A stretch of 64,000 nucleotides of DNA from Squalus acanthias (taxonomy: Eukaryota). This document shows, piece after piece, positions 1 through 11,611 of the stretch. A model generated the notes under the pieces. It saw only the letters and a list, made by a program, of their open reading frames with translations. It made no database searches and had not been told where the DNA came from. The translations under genes were made by a program, and so were the position numbers. The DNA is taken from positions 2,480,001 to 2,544,000 of the forward strand of contig CM059433.1 of the NCBI GenBank assembly GCA_030390025.1, read 5' to 3'. How positions within the stretch are numbered: position 1 is the first letter of the stretch; each line of letters starts with the position of its first letter.

Positions 1-559
1 TCTTCACCAATGTTTTCTTGCAGCAGGAGAAATAAACCAGCGCTGTTAACTTCGGTGTGCTTGAGCAGCATTCTATCATAATCAATTACTTTCTATAGTT
101 CTTAGAAGGGAAGTGGTAGCTGGTGAGGATATTGAAGAATACACAGAAACATTAAAAAAAAATATGCACTCTCACAAACCCACTGCAGGCACAAGATCCT
201 ACATCTCCATCCCCACCTGCCAGGCCAGAGTGAAAGCCAATTAAGGATTTTGCTTCCTCTTCATGTGGTGTCAAATATTGGATGTTGGCACATCCCCCTC
301 CTGTAACCTGCCGTTCCCTGGCATTGTGTGCTGTCTTCTCCTGCAGGAGAAATGCATAGTTTTAATTAGCTGCTGCAGTCTCCAGATCCTACAGTCACAC
401 TCAGGATTCGTGGAATGTATGGTAGTAAGGGTAGGTATCAGGGAGCAAGGATCTAGGCTGTGAGACTTCAGTGTGTTTAGCATGTTTTACAGAACATGAA
501 ACAGTCAACAAGAGTGCTGCCAAGTTACTTTGCTTCTGGGACAAGGGACATGATGCCTT

Positions 560-963
560 GTGATACCCTCCACCACCGGCGTACCGTGTCTGCAGTGTGT
601 ACCATCTACAAGATGCACTGCAGCAACTCGCCAAGGCTTCTTCGGCAGCACCTTCCAAACCCACGACCTCTTCCACCTAGAAGGACAAGGGCAGCAGGCA
701 CATGGGAACACCACCACCTCCAAGTTCCCCTCCAAGTCACACATCATCCTGACTTAGAAGTATATCAGGCCGTTCCTTCATCGTCGCTGGGTCAAAATCC
801 TGGAACTCCCTCCCTAACAGCACTGTGGGAGTACCTTCACCACACGGACTGCAGCGGTTCAAGAAGGTGGGTCACCACCACCTTCTCAAGGGCAACTAGG
901 GATGGACAATAAATGCTGGCCTTGCCAGCGACGGCCCGGATCCCATAAGCGAATTAAAAAAAA
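560..963 (+). mobile_element. 3' fragment of a CR1-group LINE, same family as 61823-63340
   Basis: Near-identical to 62940-63340 (HHRRTV.AVCTIYKMHCSNSPRLLRQHLP); ends in AATAAA and an A-rich tail. Confidence 0.8.
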
Positions 964-974
964 CCCTAAAGGGC

Positions 975-1447
975 TACCAGAATTTAACAGAATGGTTCCG
1001 GGGATGGGGGATCTTAGCTACAAGGACAGATTGGAGAAGCTGGATTTGTTTTCATTAGAGCAAAGGAGGTGAGTTGATAGATGTGTGTACAAGATTATGA
1101 TGGGTTTGGATAGGTTAGACGGGGAAAGGCTGTTCCCACTAGTTGATGGTACAAGAACTAGGTGACACAGATTTAAGGTATTGGGCAAGAGATACAGGGG
1201 GGATGTGAGGAAAAACTTTTTTACGCAGCGAGTGGTGAGGACCTGGAACTCGCTGCCGACGGAAGTGGTGGAAGCGGAGACACTCAATGATTTCAAGGGG
1301 AGACTGGATAGGCACTTGAGGGAAATAAACTTGCAGGGCTACGGGGATAGAGCGGGGGAATGGGACTGACTGGATTGCTCTACAGAGAGCCGAACGGCCT
1401 CCTTCCGTGCCGTTATGACTCTATATGACTCTATGACTATGACTCTA
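975..1447 (+). mobile_element. CR1 LINE 3' fragment
   Basis: CR1 ORF2 C-terminal motif RKNFFTQRVVRTWNSLP; (atgact)n-like tail. Confidence 0.8.
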
Positions 1448-1789
1448 TTACACTAGGTGAATTACAACATTTACCTGGGGCTCATTTCTCCACTTTAGGT
1501 GTTATGGCTGTCCACTGCAGCTTTAATAATAGTAAAGTTAGTTACTCTGTTCTGGCCCAGGGCTCCACCGGCCGCTGCAAGTGCTCCTTGTGCCATTGCT
1601 GACAGCTGCAAAAAAATAAATTGGGCAGCAGTCACGCTGTTTGGCACCTTTTAAATACCTCAACAAACATAAATAAAGTAAACATAGCCTCTGAAGCAGC
1701 TCGAGTGGAGGTTTGGACTTCTGAACCGTGTTGACTGTCACGGCAACTGGTGCCATGGGACACAGTTAAAGAGGTAAGCCAGATAACAT

Positions 1790-2162
1790 CAGAACATAAG
1801 AAATAGGAGCAGGAGTAGGTCATTCGGCCCCTCGAGCCTGCTCCGCCATTCAATACGATCATGGCTGATCTGATCTTGGCCTTAACTCCACCTCCCTGCC
1901 CGCTCCTCATAACCCTTGACTCCCTTATCGTTCAAAAATCTCTCTATCTCCACCTTAAATATATTCAATGACCCAGCCTCCACAGCTCTCTGGGGAAGAG
2001 AATTCCAAAGATTCACGACCCTCTGAGAGAAGAAATTCCTCCTCATCTCCGTTTTAAAAGGGTGCCCCCTTATTCTGAAACTATGCCCCCTAGTTCTAGA
2101 TTCCCCCACGAGGGGAAACATCCTCTCTGCATCTACCCTGTCAAGCCCCCTCAGAACCTTAT
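1790..2162 (-). mobile_element. CR1 LINE 3' fragment
   Basis: MFPLVGESRTRGH..FFSQRVVNLWNSLP; ttcttatgttct tail on the minus strand. Confidence 0.85.
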
Positions 2163-2731
2163 GGGGGGAAAAATTGAGTTGCGCCCCCTTTAGGGCGCTA
2201 ACTTCGCCGGGGCGCTACTTTTAATGCCTGGAAAAAATTAGCGCCCCCGCGCCCGAAATTGAATGGTAGCGCTGGGCCACCAGGGATCGGAGTGCCGGCA
2301 AAAGAGCCCAGCACTCAAAAGAAGTGCTGGGCTCACGGAGCGCAGCTGGCACTCAGGTGGCGGGGGGGGGCTTCACACAAGGCTGGGGACGGCAATGCGG
2401 GCAGGTGCTGGCAGGCAGCCAGCAACAAAAATGGCCGCCCGGCACCTCGCCTTAAATTAGCGCTGCCCCGGCCGCAGGTAGGCCCCCCTGACCCCGTCGG
2501 ACATAGCGTCCGGCAGTAAGTCAGGGGGCGCTACCTGAAGATCGGGAGCTGGGCGCTACGCACGATGATGACGTCATCGCCAGCGGCACAGCACCGCGGG
2601 GCGCTAACGGTTACCGCCACCGCTAACCTCCCGCTGGATTTCGTGAGAGGCATTGGTGGAGTCGCGCCCGGGCGCTAGTTGCTTTGCGCCCCGTTAGCGC
2701 CCTCTTAGTGGCGCAACCGAATTTTTCCCCC
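2163..2731. mobile_element. Non-autonomous PIF/Harbinger-type MITE
   Basis: TIRs GGGGGAAAAATTGAGTTGCGCC / GGCGCAACCGAATTTTTCCCCC; apparent 3-bp TAT duplication within the CR1. Confidence 0.75.
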
Positions 2732-4117
2732 TATATGCTTTATATTCCCGCGAAGGATCTTAACTCCAGTTTGATGGCGAGAACTTCGACTTCAGTCTGC
2801 AATTCTCTGTTCTCTGCTGGGTTTAGCACCGACAGCAGTGGGCATGCACTGAGCATTGCAGCAGGGAGCCCAGCCCCTGATCTGAGTTGGTGACCACAGG
2901 CAAAATCCTCAACAGGATGGAAGAACCTTACAATCGATCTTGATAAACGAGGTGACGAGAACAAAGGGCCTTTAGCTTCTTTCTGAAGCACTAGGAATTT
3001 GGTGAGTTTTAAGCTAAAAAGAAATTGGCAAGCTTGGTGTGATTTGAAAGAATTGGAAGTTAAAGAAAAGTAATTCAGATACCTCAAAACGATATTCCTG
3101 ACAATATTACAGAATTAATTCACTACCAGCCTGATATGTGGATTATAAAAGGTTATTTTAAAATGCACTTTTTACAGCCAGTTCTATCATTTTCATTCCC
3201 AAGGGCTTGTCTGTGAATGCTAATGGAAAGTGCAGATTTTGGCGCAAACAAATTTGATAAATAACAGTTTTGGAACTGTCGAGCTAGGTCATTAAAATGC
3301 ACTATCACTTAAAAAAAAACTAATCCGCCATAATGCAACAGAAAATTGGACAGCTATTGCTAGGGTTATGTAAAGGTACTTTAAAAGTCTAAGATAAAAA
3401 TTCTAAACAAAATGAAGTATCTCTTTCAGTTTAGCATATTTTATGTGAAAGCGGGCCCACTTATTAACATATAGACAGTGACAGGAAACTCATGTTATTA
3501 ACTTAATACTGATAAGGTAACACATAGGTTAGGTTGTGTTACAAGGCAGCAATACATCAAATGGTTGTGATGATGTAAAAAGCTGCAAAAGTGAAGCTTG
3601 AGCAATTTATCAATGTCATCGGAAGCAATCAATGTATTACAGCCTTGCAACACTCTCTTACCTGTGTTATTTTATAATAAGTGGCATGTTTAGAATTTCA
3701 TTGGTAAATTCCCAAGTGTATTGATAAATGTATTGGCCTACATTATATATAATCATTGAGTGATATATTGATTCCATTTCAAATAGATGACAGGAAACTA
3801 TGACTGCAGTGCTTTTCTACCATGAGATACAAACAGTGGGAATCATTTTTTTGAATTGCCAGTAACTTCCCTGCCGATTTACTGCTGATCAGAAAACAAT
3901 GCTTTAAGCTGTAAGGGTCCTTTTAGTGGAATCACCACCAATCTATACTTTCCCACAGTGGTAAATGATTGCAGGCAGTGAAATAATAACAACAATTTTG
4001 ACCATTTTTATGGGATGAATAGTTAGTTATTTTCCAATATTTGAAATGTGCTTGCCAGCAGGACTGCAATTTACAATCAAACCAGCGTTTATTCCTGTGG
4101 ACACATTTGATCAAATA

Positions 4118-6010
4118 GGGCCCATTTTAATCAACTCCTCCCAGCAGGAACTAGATAGTAACAGCCTTAAAATCACAGTCCTGCATTTACTGTTCCATTA
4201 TCGCTTCGATCCCTCCCACCACCACTTTCCTTGGGGCCCTTATTGAAGTGGCCCTGGCAGCAGCCTGAAGCAGGTGGGAACCTCATTTAAGTATTGAAAT
4301 CGGGGTCCTCTGACGTCAAGAAGACCCCGGCAGCAATTTAACTCACCAAAGAGGAAGTAGCGCAGTACAGGGACGAAGCCGCGATTGGAACCACTATTTA
4401 AAGGGACACTCACCTGCAAGTACTCAGGTAATTGGTTTCTGTGTGAAATTTACGTGGCTGAATCTCTTCACATCTTTGTATTCGAATTGGCTGATTTTCA
4501 CTTTTCTTATGCTTATAAACCTTCAAGAAACCTAGAGCTCAAGATGCGAGTCAACTTGGCCACTCCACGCTGGTTACAGGAAGAGGAGCAGCAAGAGCAG
4601 CAGCAGCATTTCAGGGAACCTCAAGTCATTGCAGTTGGGGCTCTGAGGAGACCACACATGAGGAAAGGCTGCCCACAGGGTCTATCGGCCCAGAGTCAGT
4701 TACCTCCAGGTTTTCCATGGAGCAGTACATCAGGAGGTGAAGCTTCTTCAGAGAGGCTGTCACGGAGCTGTGCAGCAGCCTCTGATAGCTTGACCTACAA
4801 TCTACTCTCCCAGCTGGCTATGCTTTGCCTGTGGCAGCCAAAATGACCATGGACCTTAATTTCTTTTGCCTCGAGCTCTTCCCAGGCTGCAGCAGGCAAC
4901 ATCAGCCACATTAATCAGTCTGCAGCCCATGTCTGCCTTAAGCAGGTCACTGATGCTCCCTTTGCCAAGACCAACAATTTTATAATAGTCCCGTGGATGC
5001 CAGCAGTCAGCAGGAAAGGGCTGTATGCATTGCTGCTATAGCAGGCTTCCCACTGGTTCAGGCTATGGTTGACGGCACCCAAAAGGCCATAAGGGCACCT
5101 CCCAAACAGCCTTCACGAACAAGAAAGGCTACCACTTCATCACTATTCAGACAGTGAGTGATCATCGGCAATGAATCACAAAGGTCTGTACTTGGTTTTC
5201 GTGCAGCTGTCATGATGCCTTCATACTCTGCTAGTCCATCATCCCCCCACTCTTTGACCCAGTATAGCAAGTCAGAGGCTGGCTACTTGGGGACAAGAGC
5301 TATGCTCTCCACACATGCCCATGACACCTCCATGTGATCTGTGCTCACCCGCTGAATGGAAATGCAATCAGAGCCATGGTACCACTACAGCCATCGGACT
5401 GCTCAAATAACATTTTAACTGCCTGGCAAGGTTTGCATGTGTTCAGCAAGCTGTTTTCATTTGATGCCTGGGCCTCTAAAGTCAGCACCTCTGTCCTGCT
5501 CAGCAGAACTAGGACCTGAGCTTGTCCTCCGGTGAACTGTCTCCCGATCTATCGTTTCCACTAGCCCCTGCTACTGCTCACTTGAGCTGTGAGATTCGCC
5601 AGGTGCAGACCTCTAACTCGCCATCTATCCCAGCCGGGTGCCGATCTCTGTGTTGGTTCTTGGGAGCGATGGAGCAATTGCCGGTGTTTCCTCGGGAGGA
5701 TTGTCCTCCTCCAAGTGATGCTCTGCAAGGCCTCTAGCCACGCTATTGCCAACACTCCCTGATTTGCCTGCCCCAATGATCTCCATGGCTTCCTCCTCTA
5801 TCGGGGTAAGGACATGAATGGAGCCCGGCCTTCCCCTGGTTCCGGTCTTCTTGTTGTTGTTGGGAGTCAGCTTCTGCTGCAGAAAGAGAGGGAGAGAGTT
5901 ATTACCTAGTTGCTGTAAAGCGTTGTGCAGATGTGTGGGGCAGCTTCATACAGTGTGCATGCTGAGAGAGAGAAGCCGGTAGTTACGAGCAGGATGGGCC
6001 GGTGGCCATA
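4118..6010. mobile_element. Highly degenerate Harbinger DNA transposon remnant
   Basis: Starts GGGCCCATTTT. Frameshifted transposase-like sequence on + (about 4550-5400) resembles 54380-55526. Myb/SANT-gene-like sequence on - follows. Confidence 0.5.
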
Positions 6011-7567
6011 TGTAAGAAAGTGGCTCTAATATGAAGTGAGAAAGCAGTCAGCGATTGTTTCCAGGTAAAAGCAGAATGCTATTAGTGCCTGTTGTGACGA
6101 CAGCAGCAACAGGTGAGTGTGTGATTGGAATGAGGAGAGTTGGTACAGTGTCACCTTGTGATTGATGGAGCAGCATGTGGTGCGGGGGAGGGAAGGGTTT
6201 GGAGTGTTGGGAGGGGTGGGGGAAGTGCTGGGGGGAGAAGTGCTCTGTCCAGGTCTAATGTGGAGAAATAGAGATAGGAAGACATCATGCCCACCCTTGC
6301 AGACTAGCTCAGGCTGATCAAGCACGTGTGCACTGAACCCATGTCCTGGGGGTGATGCTACAGACAGGTAAATATCGTGCCCCTTGTGAGGAGGTCATCC
6401 ACACAGAAAAGAAAAAAAGAAATTCTACGTCAGGAGGTTTGGCAAGATAAATGTACTCTGTATTTAGCTGCATCAAGTACAATGATTGGCTCACCTGCAA
6501 CAAATATTTTCACCTCAGACAACTGCACTTTGACTCTGTAAGCATGTTCATCATTTTCTGAACTCCGGAAGCCTTTTCCATGTTATCACAAGGCAGTGCA
6601 TTCTAATGCCTGACACAACTTCCAGCTGCCAAGAAACCTTCTGATGATATGGCTCATTATCCAAAACGTTAGGCCGACTAATGTTTGCAGCAGCTTCTAT
6701 GTTGTCTTCTCACTGGGGGAGGCAGAATGGCCGTGTGCATTGCGATGTCACAGCCCTTTGAACTTGCCGTGTGCATTGAATTTCCAATCGATGTCGCTGG
6801 TAAGTACAGCTCCCTATCAGGGGTGTGAAGTTGGGAAATTACCCCTGTAAAGCAGCGCAGCTGACAGAACGATTGCAGTGTGCTCCCCTTTACAAGACAT
6901 CTCAATATATTCAACAGAAGCATTGTTAGAGGGCTTTGGCGTCGAGACCTTTCACAGTAGCAGATTCCTAGGTGGGCAAGGAAGGAATTGGTGGGAACAG
7001 TATGAAGAGGGATTCACAAAATGAGAAGGTAAATGTGACAAATAAAGTGGTAGTATCTGGGTGCAAAACATTACAGGTGACAGGAAGATAGGATCTGATG
7101 TGATGTGATGAGCCTCTTAGATAGCAGGCGAGACTTACGAGTGAGACACCTTGATAGTGAGTTTTGCAATGATGATAATGTTAATAAGGACTGAATATTG
7201 TTTTTCAGAGGCCAATGTAAGGGGCATATCAACAAGGGCGAATAAGGTGGAAAGGTTTGAAAGTAGTACTGATGATATGGGCCTGATAATGCAGTGCTCA
7301 TGGAACTGAGGGCAAATTATTGACCTGGTTAGGAAATTGGCTGAGCGGCAGGAGACAGAGAGTAGGGATAATGGGCAGGTACTCTAATTGGCAGGATGTG
7401 ACGAGTGGTGTCCCCCAGGGATCTGTGCTGCGACCTCAACTATTCACAGTATTTATTAATGACTTAGATGCTGGGATAGAAAGCTACATATCCAAGTTTG
7501 CCAATGATACAAAGATAGGCAGCATTGTAATCGTGTAGATGGAAGCAAGAAATTGCAAAGAGATATT

Positions 7568-8326
7568 GGGCCGTATTTTCCGATCGGAGGCTTCCTGCGT
7601 GCGGAGGCCTCCGATCGGGAAAAAATCTACGCACTTACCTGAGGGCTCCTGAGGGGCGTATAGTTCCGATCCTGGGCCTCTCCAACTCGAAATGCGCAGG
7701 GCCCACGTATCCCAGAGGCACATGCTGTTCACAAACGTCCCTGGGATCACGTGGGCCATGGGGCGCCAATAGGAGAAGGAAATCTCCCTTCATACACTTA
7801 ACAGATAGACCTGTCAAATATATGAATGGAGATCACCCAAAAAACACAGTAAAACATTAAATACATTTTTTAAAAAATCACATTTTTAAAATGAGTTGAA
7901 ATTACAATAAATTAAATATTTTAAACAAAAATGTAATTTTTTGAAAAAAATAATTAAATTTTTTTACGGGGCTAAAAATAAACTTACTTTTTTTTAAAAG
8001 TATTTTTAAATGATAAATGAGTGAAATTTTTTTTTTTACTTTTTTCAAATCTTATGCTGGTAAAAGCAGGCCTTACACCTGCTTTTACCAGGCGTAAGAT
8101 TTCTAAGGGTTTTCTGCGGGCGGAGGGTCTCCAGAAAGTGGAACTCTCCCCCCCCGCAGAGGCCCTTCTCAAGGGCAGGCGTCTGATCTGTCAAGAGCAT
8201 TCTTGTCAGATCGGAAATTTTGGTTTTCAGCGCATGCGCTTGACATGCCTGAAACCGGCATTTCCGATGTCCCTATGGGTGTGTACACAGCGCGTACACA
8301 CCCGTAGGGATCTGAATATACGGCCC
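7568..8326. mobile_element. Harbinger-type MITE
   Basis: TIRs GGGCCGTATTTTC / GAATATACGGCCC; ATT TSD; removing it restores CR1 agagatattaatagattaag. Confidence 0.8.
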
Positions 8327-8730
8327 ATTAATAGATTAAGCAAATGGGTAAAACTGTGACAAATGGATTTCAATGCAGGCAAATGTGAGGTCATCCACTT
8401 TGGACCTAAAAAGATGAACAGGGTACTTTCTAAATGGTGAAAAGCTAGAAACAGTGGAGGCCCAAAGAGACTTGGGGTCTATGTACCTAGAACATTAAAA
8501 TATTATGGACAGATACAGAAAATAATCAAAAAGGCTAATGGAATGCTGGCCTTTATATCTAGAGGACTAGAATACAAGGGGGGTAGAAGTTATGCTGCAG
8601 CTGTACAAAACCCTGGTTATTCCACACCTGGAGCACTGTGAGCGGGTCTGGGCACCACACCTTAGGAAGGGTGTAATGGCCTTGGAGGGAGTGTAGTGTA
8701 GATTTACAGGAATGATACCTGGACTCCAAT

Positions 8731-8787
8731 GGGGAAAAATTGGGTTGCTTTGCGCCCCAAAGGGGGCGCGACCGAATTTTTCCCCCC
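8731..8787. mobile_element. About 57-bp minimal MITE (TIRs only)
   Basis: GGGGAAAAATTGGGTTGC...GCGACCGAATTTTTCCCC, same TIR as 2163-2731, interrupting CR1. Confidence 0.65.
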
Positions 8788-8938
8788 AAGAGTTAAATTA
8801 CGAGGAGAGATTACACAAACTAGGGTTGTATTCCCTGGAATTGAGAAGGTTAAGGGGTGATTTGATATTAAGTGAACAGATAGGGTAGACAGAGAGAAAC
8901 TGTTTCTGCTGGTTGGGGAGTCTAGGACTAGGCACAAA

Positions 8939-9641
8939 GGGCTAGAAATTCGGTGCATTTGTGCCTCTGGGGGGCGCTAACGGGGCACAAATGACTTTTC
9001 ACCCGGGCGTGAAGCCGCTAACGACTCCCGCTAAATTCAGTGGGAGTTTAGCGGCGGCAGGTAACTGGTAGCGCCTCGCTCCGCTGCGCAGGCGATGACG
9101 ACGTCATCACCATGCACAGCGCTCCATTTTCGCCCCACCTGCAAAATCGGCCCACGCCCCCTGAATCTGCGCCGGGTGATGACAGCGACCGATTCAGGGG
9201 GCGGGAACGGAGCGGCAGGAGGCTCACGGGGCGATAAGTGAAGGGGAGGTGGCAGGCAGCGAAAAAAATTGGCTGACTTACTTGTCACGGCCCGTTGCCT
9301 CTTTGAACATGAGGTCTGTGCCGCAATCTGGCAGCCCGGCACTCCGGTAGGGCCCCGCAGAGTTGTGGGCTTGGGCCCTCCCCTATAATGAGGGGAAGAG
9401 CCCTTCCATGCATCCTGATATTCGGGGTTAGCGCTCTAAGAAGGAAGTGGAGTGCTTGAATCAGCAAGAGGAGGAACAGCAGTAACAGGTGGGGGAGCTT
9501 CAGGGAACAGTGCGTGTCTTTGCAAGGAGTCCAGGAAGGAGGAGGACTGGGCTGTCCTGGGGCTGATGCATCTGGCCTTCACATTTTCAGCCACCTCTTT
9601 CCAGGTCGGGTGCAGCAACTCTTGGGCACCTTCTGCCATAC
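8939..9641. mobile_element. Truncated Harbinger-type element end
   Basis: Starts GGGCTAGAAATTCGG; shares the gatgacgtcatc motif with the 2163 MITE; Myb/SANT-like remnant on - near 9550-9640. Confidence 0.5.
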
Positions 9642-10965
9642 GAACATACAAACAATGACGGACAGGTAAAGGCCCTCTGGCCCATTCAGCCCGTCCCATT
9701 ACGATACCTTATAATCACAATATATACACTCCCCACCCAACCCAAAACCATGTGATTTCCTGGGAGAGGCGAAAAACCAGATAAAAATCCAGGCCAATTT
9801 GCGGAGAAATAATCTGGGAAATTCCTCTCCGACCCATCTAGGCGATCGAAACTAGTCCAGGAGATCACTCTGTCCCTCGAATTCCCTTCTGTAAGAGGTG
9901 ATCCCTGCCCCAGTCAGAAACAGGTCCAGCTCTCGCTTGAAGGAATTCAGCGAATCGACATCCACCGCACGAGCCAGCAGTCTGTTCCAGAGGCCCACTA
10001 TTCTCTGGGGAAAAAACCACCTCCTGACATCATACCTAGATCTGGCCTTAAACAACTTAAAATTGTGACCCCTGGTCCTCCCTAACCTATTTAATGGGAA
10101 CATTCTGTCAAATGGAACAAAATCTATTCCCTTCATCATTTTCTAAACCTGAATCAGATCACCCCTAAGTCTATGCTTCTCCAAAGTGCAGAGTCCCAGC
10201 TCTTTTAGCCTATCTTGATAACTAAGATGCTTTAGACTGGGAATTAGTCTAGTGCCTCCTCCTCTGCACCCTCTCCAAAGCCTCAATATCACCCACCATG
10301 TGAGGAGACCAAAACTGGACACAGTGTTCCAAGTGAGGCCTGACCAAGGGCTTGTACAAGGACAAAACAGTAAGCCTCGTCTTGTACTCAATTGTCTGAT
10401 GGATACACCCCAACACCCTATTTGCTCTAGCTATCGCTTCACGGCAATGCTCATGTACCTTTAAGGATGCATACACTAGAATGCCCAGATATCTTTCTTT
10501 CTCCACCTTCCTTAATGCTTTTCCCTGAAGGCTGTATGAACGTTGAGCATTCGGCCTGTCCACATGCATAACACTGCACTTATCCATGTTAAACAACATT
10601 TGCCAGTCATGAGCCCAATCTCCCAACACTTTAAGATCCGCCTGAAACAGACGAGCATCGTCTACAGTCCGAACACTTGTATAGATCTTAGTATCGTCTG
10701 CAAATTTGCAGATCGTGCCCCCCAACACTTACATCCAGATCATTAATAAAAATAGTAAAGAGCAACAGTTCCAACACCGATCCCTGCGGGACACCACTGG
10801 TGACCGGTCTCCAAACAGATCCAAATCCATCTATAACTACTTTTTGCCTACGTCCTGCCAGCCAGTTCTCAATCAAACTCGATATATTACCATTAATACC
10901 AGAGGCTTTGATCTTATCGAGAAGCCTCTTGGGTGGTACCTTATCAAAAGCTTTTAGAAGTCTAA
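9642..10965 (-). mobile_element. CR1 LINE 3' fragment (degenerate RT)
   Basis: [37 protein letters not shown] in broken frames. Confidence 0.85.
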
Positions 10966-11611
10966 GTAGACAATATTGGGCCAGAAATTCGGGTCTCCAC
11001 GGGTGAGTATGCGCTGTGTACTCACCCGTAGACCCAACGAAAGTTCCGGTTTCGCGCATGCACTGCGCATGCGCTGGAAACCGGAACTTCAGTTCCCTTG
11101 AAGGAAGGGGTTCAGAGGTCAAACGCGTGCACCGGAGAGGCAGCGCGCACGCAGCGAACTTCGTTTTTTTTTCAGGTTTCTATATGAGGGTAAGTCCCTG
11201 GCAGCTGCGCGGGAAAAAGGAGGCGCAAGGCCTGCTTTTAACAAGGTAAGTGGTGAATTAACTAAAATTAAACATTTTTTTCCACAGGTTTATTATTTTT
11301 AAATACTTTAAAGAAAGGTAAGTTTATTTTTAGCCCTGTTAAAAACTGTAATTAAATTTTTCAAAAATGTAAATTATTGTTTAAAATAGTTATTTTGTGT
11401 AATTTATAGTTATTTTAAAAATGTGATGTTTTAAAAAAAAATTATTTGAAGTTTTAGTGAGGTTTTGGGGCCGATCTCTATTCATAGATATGACAGGTCT
11501 TCCTGTCAAATCTATGAAACATAGAAACATAGAAGATAGGAGCAGGAGTAGGCCATTCGGCCCCTCGAGCCTGCTCCGCCATTCGATGAGATCATGGCTG
11601 ATCATCTAAAC

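Larger units (their letters stand above)
7295..8935 (+). mobile_element. CR1 LINE ORF2 (RT) fragment interrupted by two MITEs
   Basis: [27 protein letters not shown]; the sequence resumes after 8326. Confidence 0.8.
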
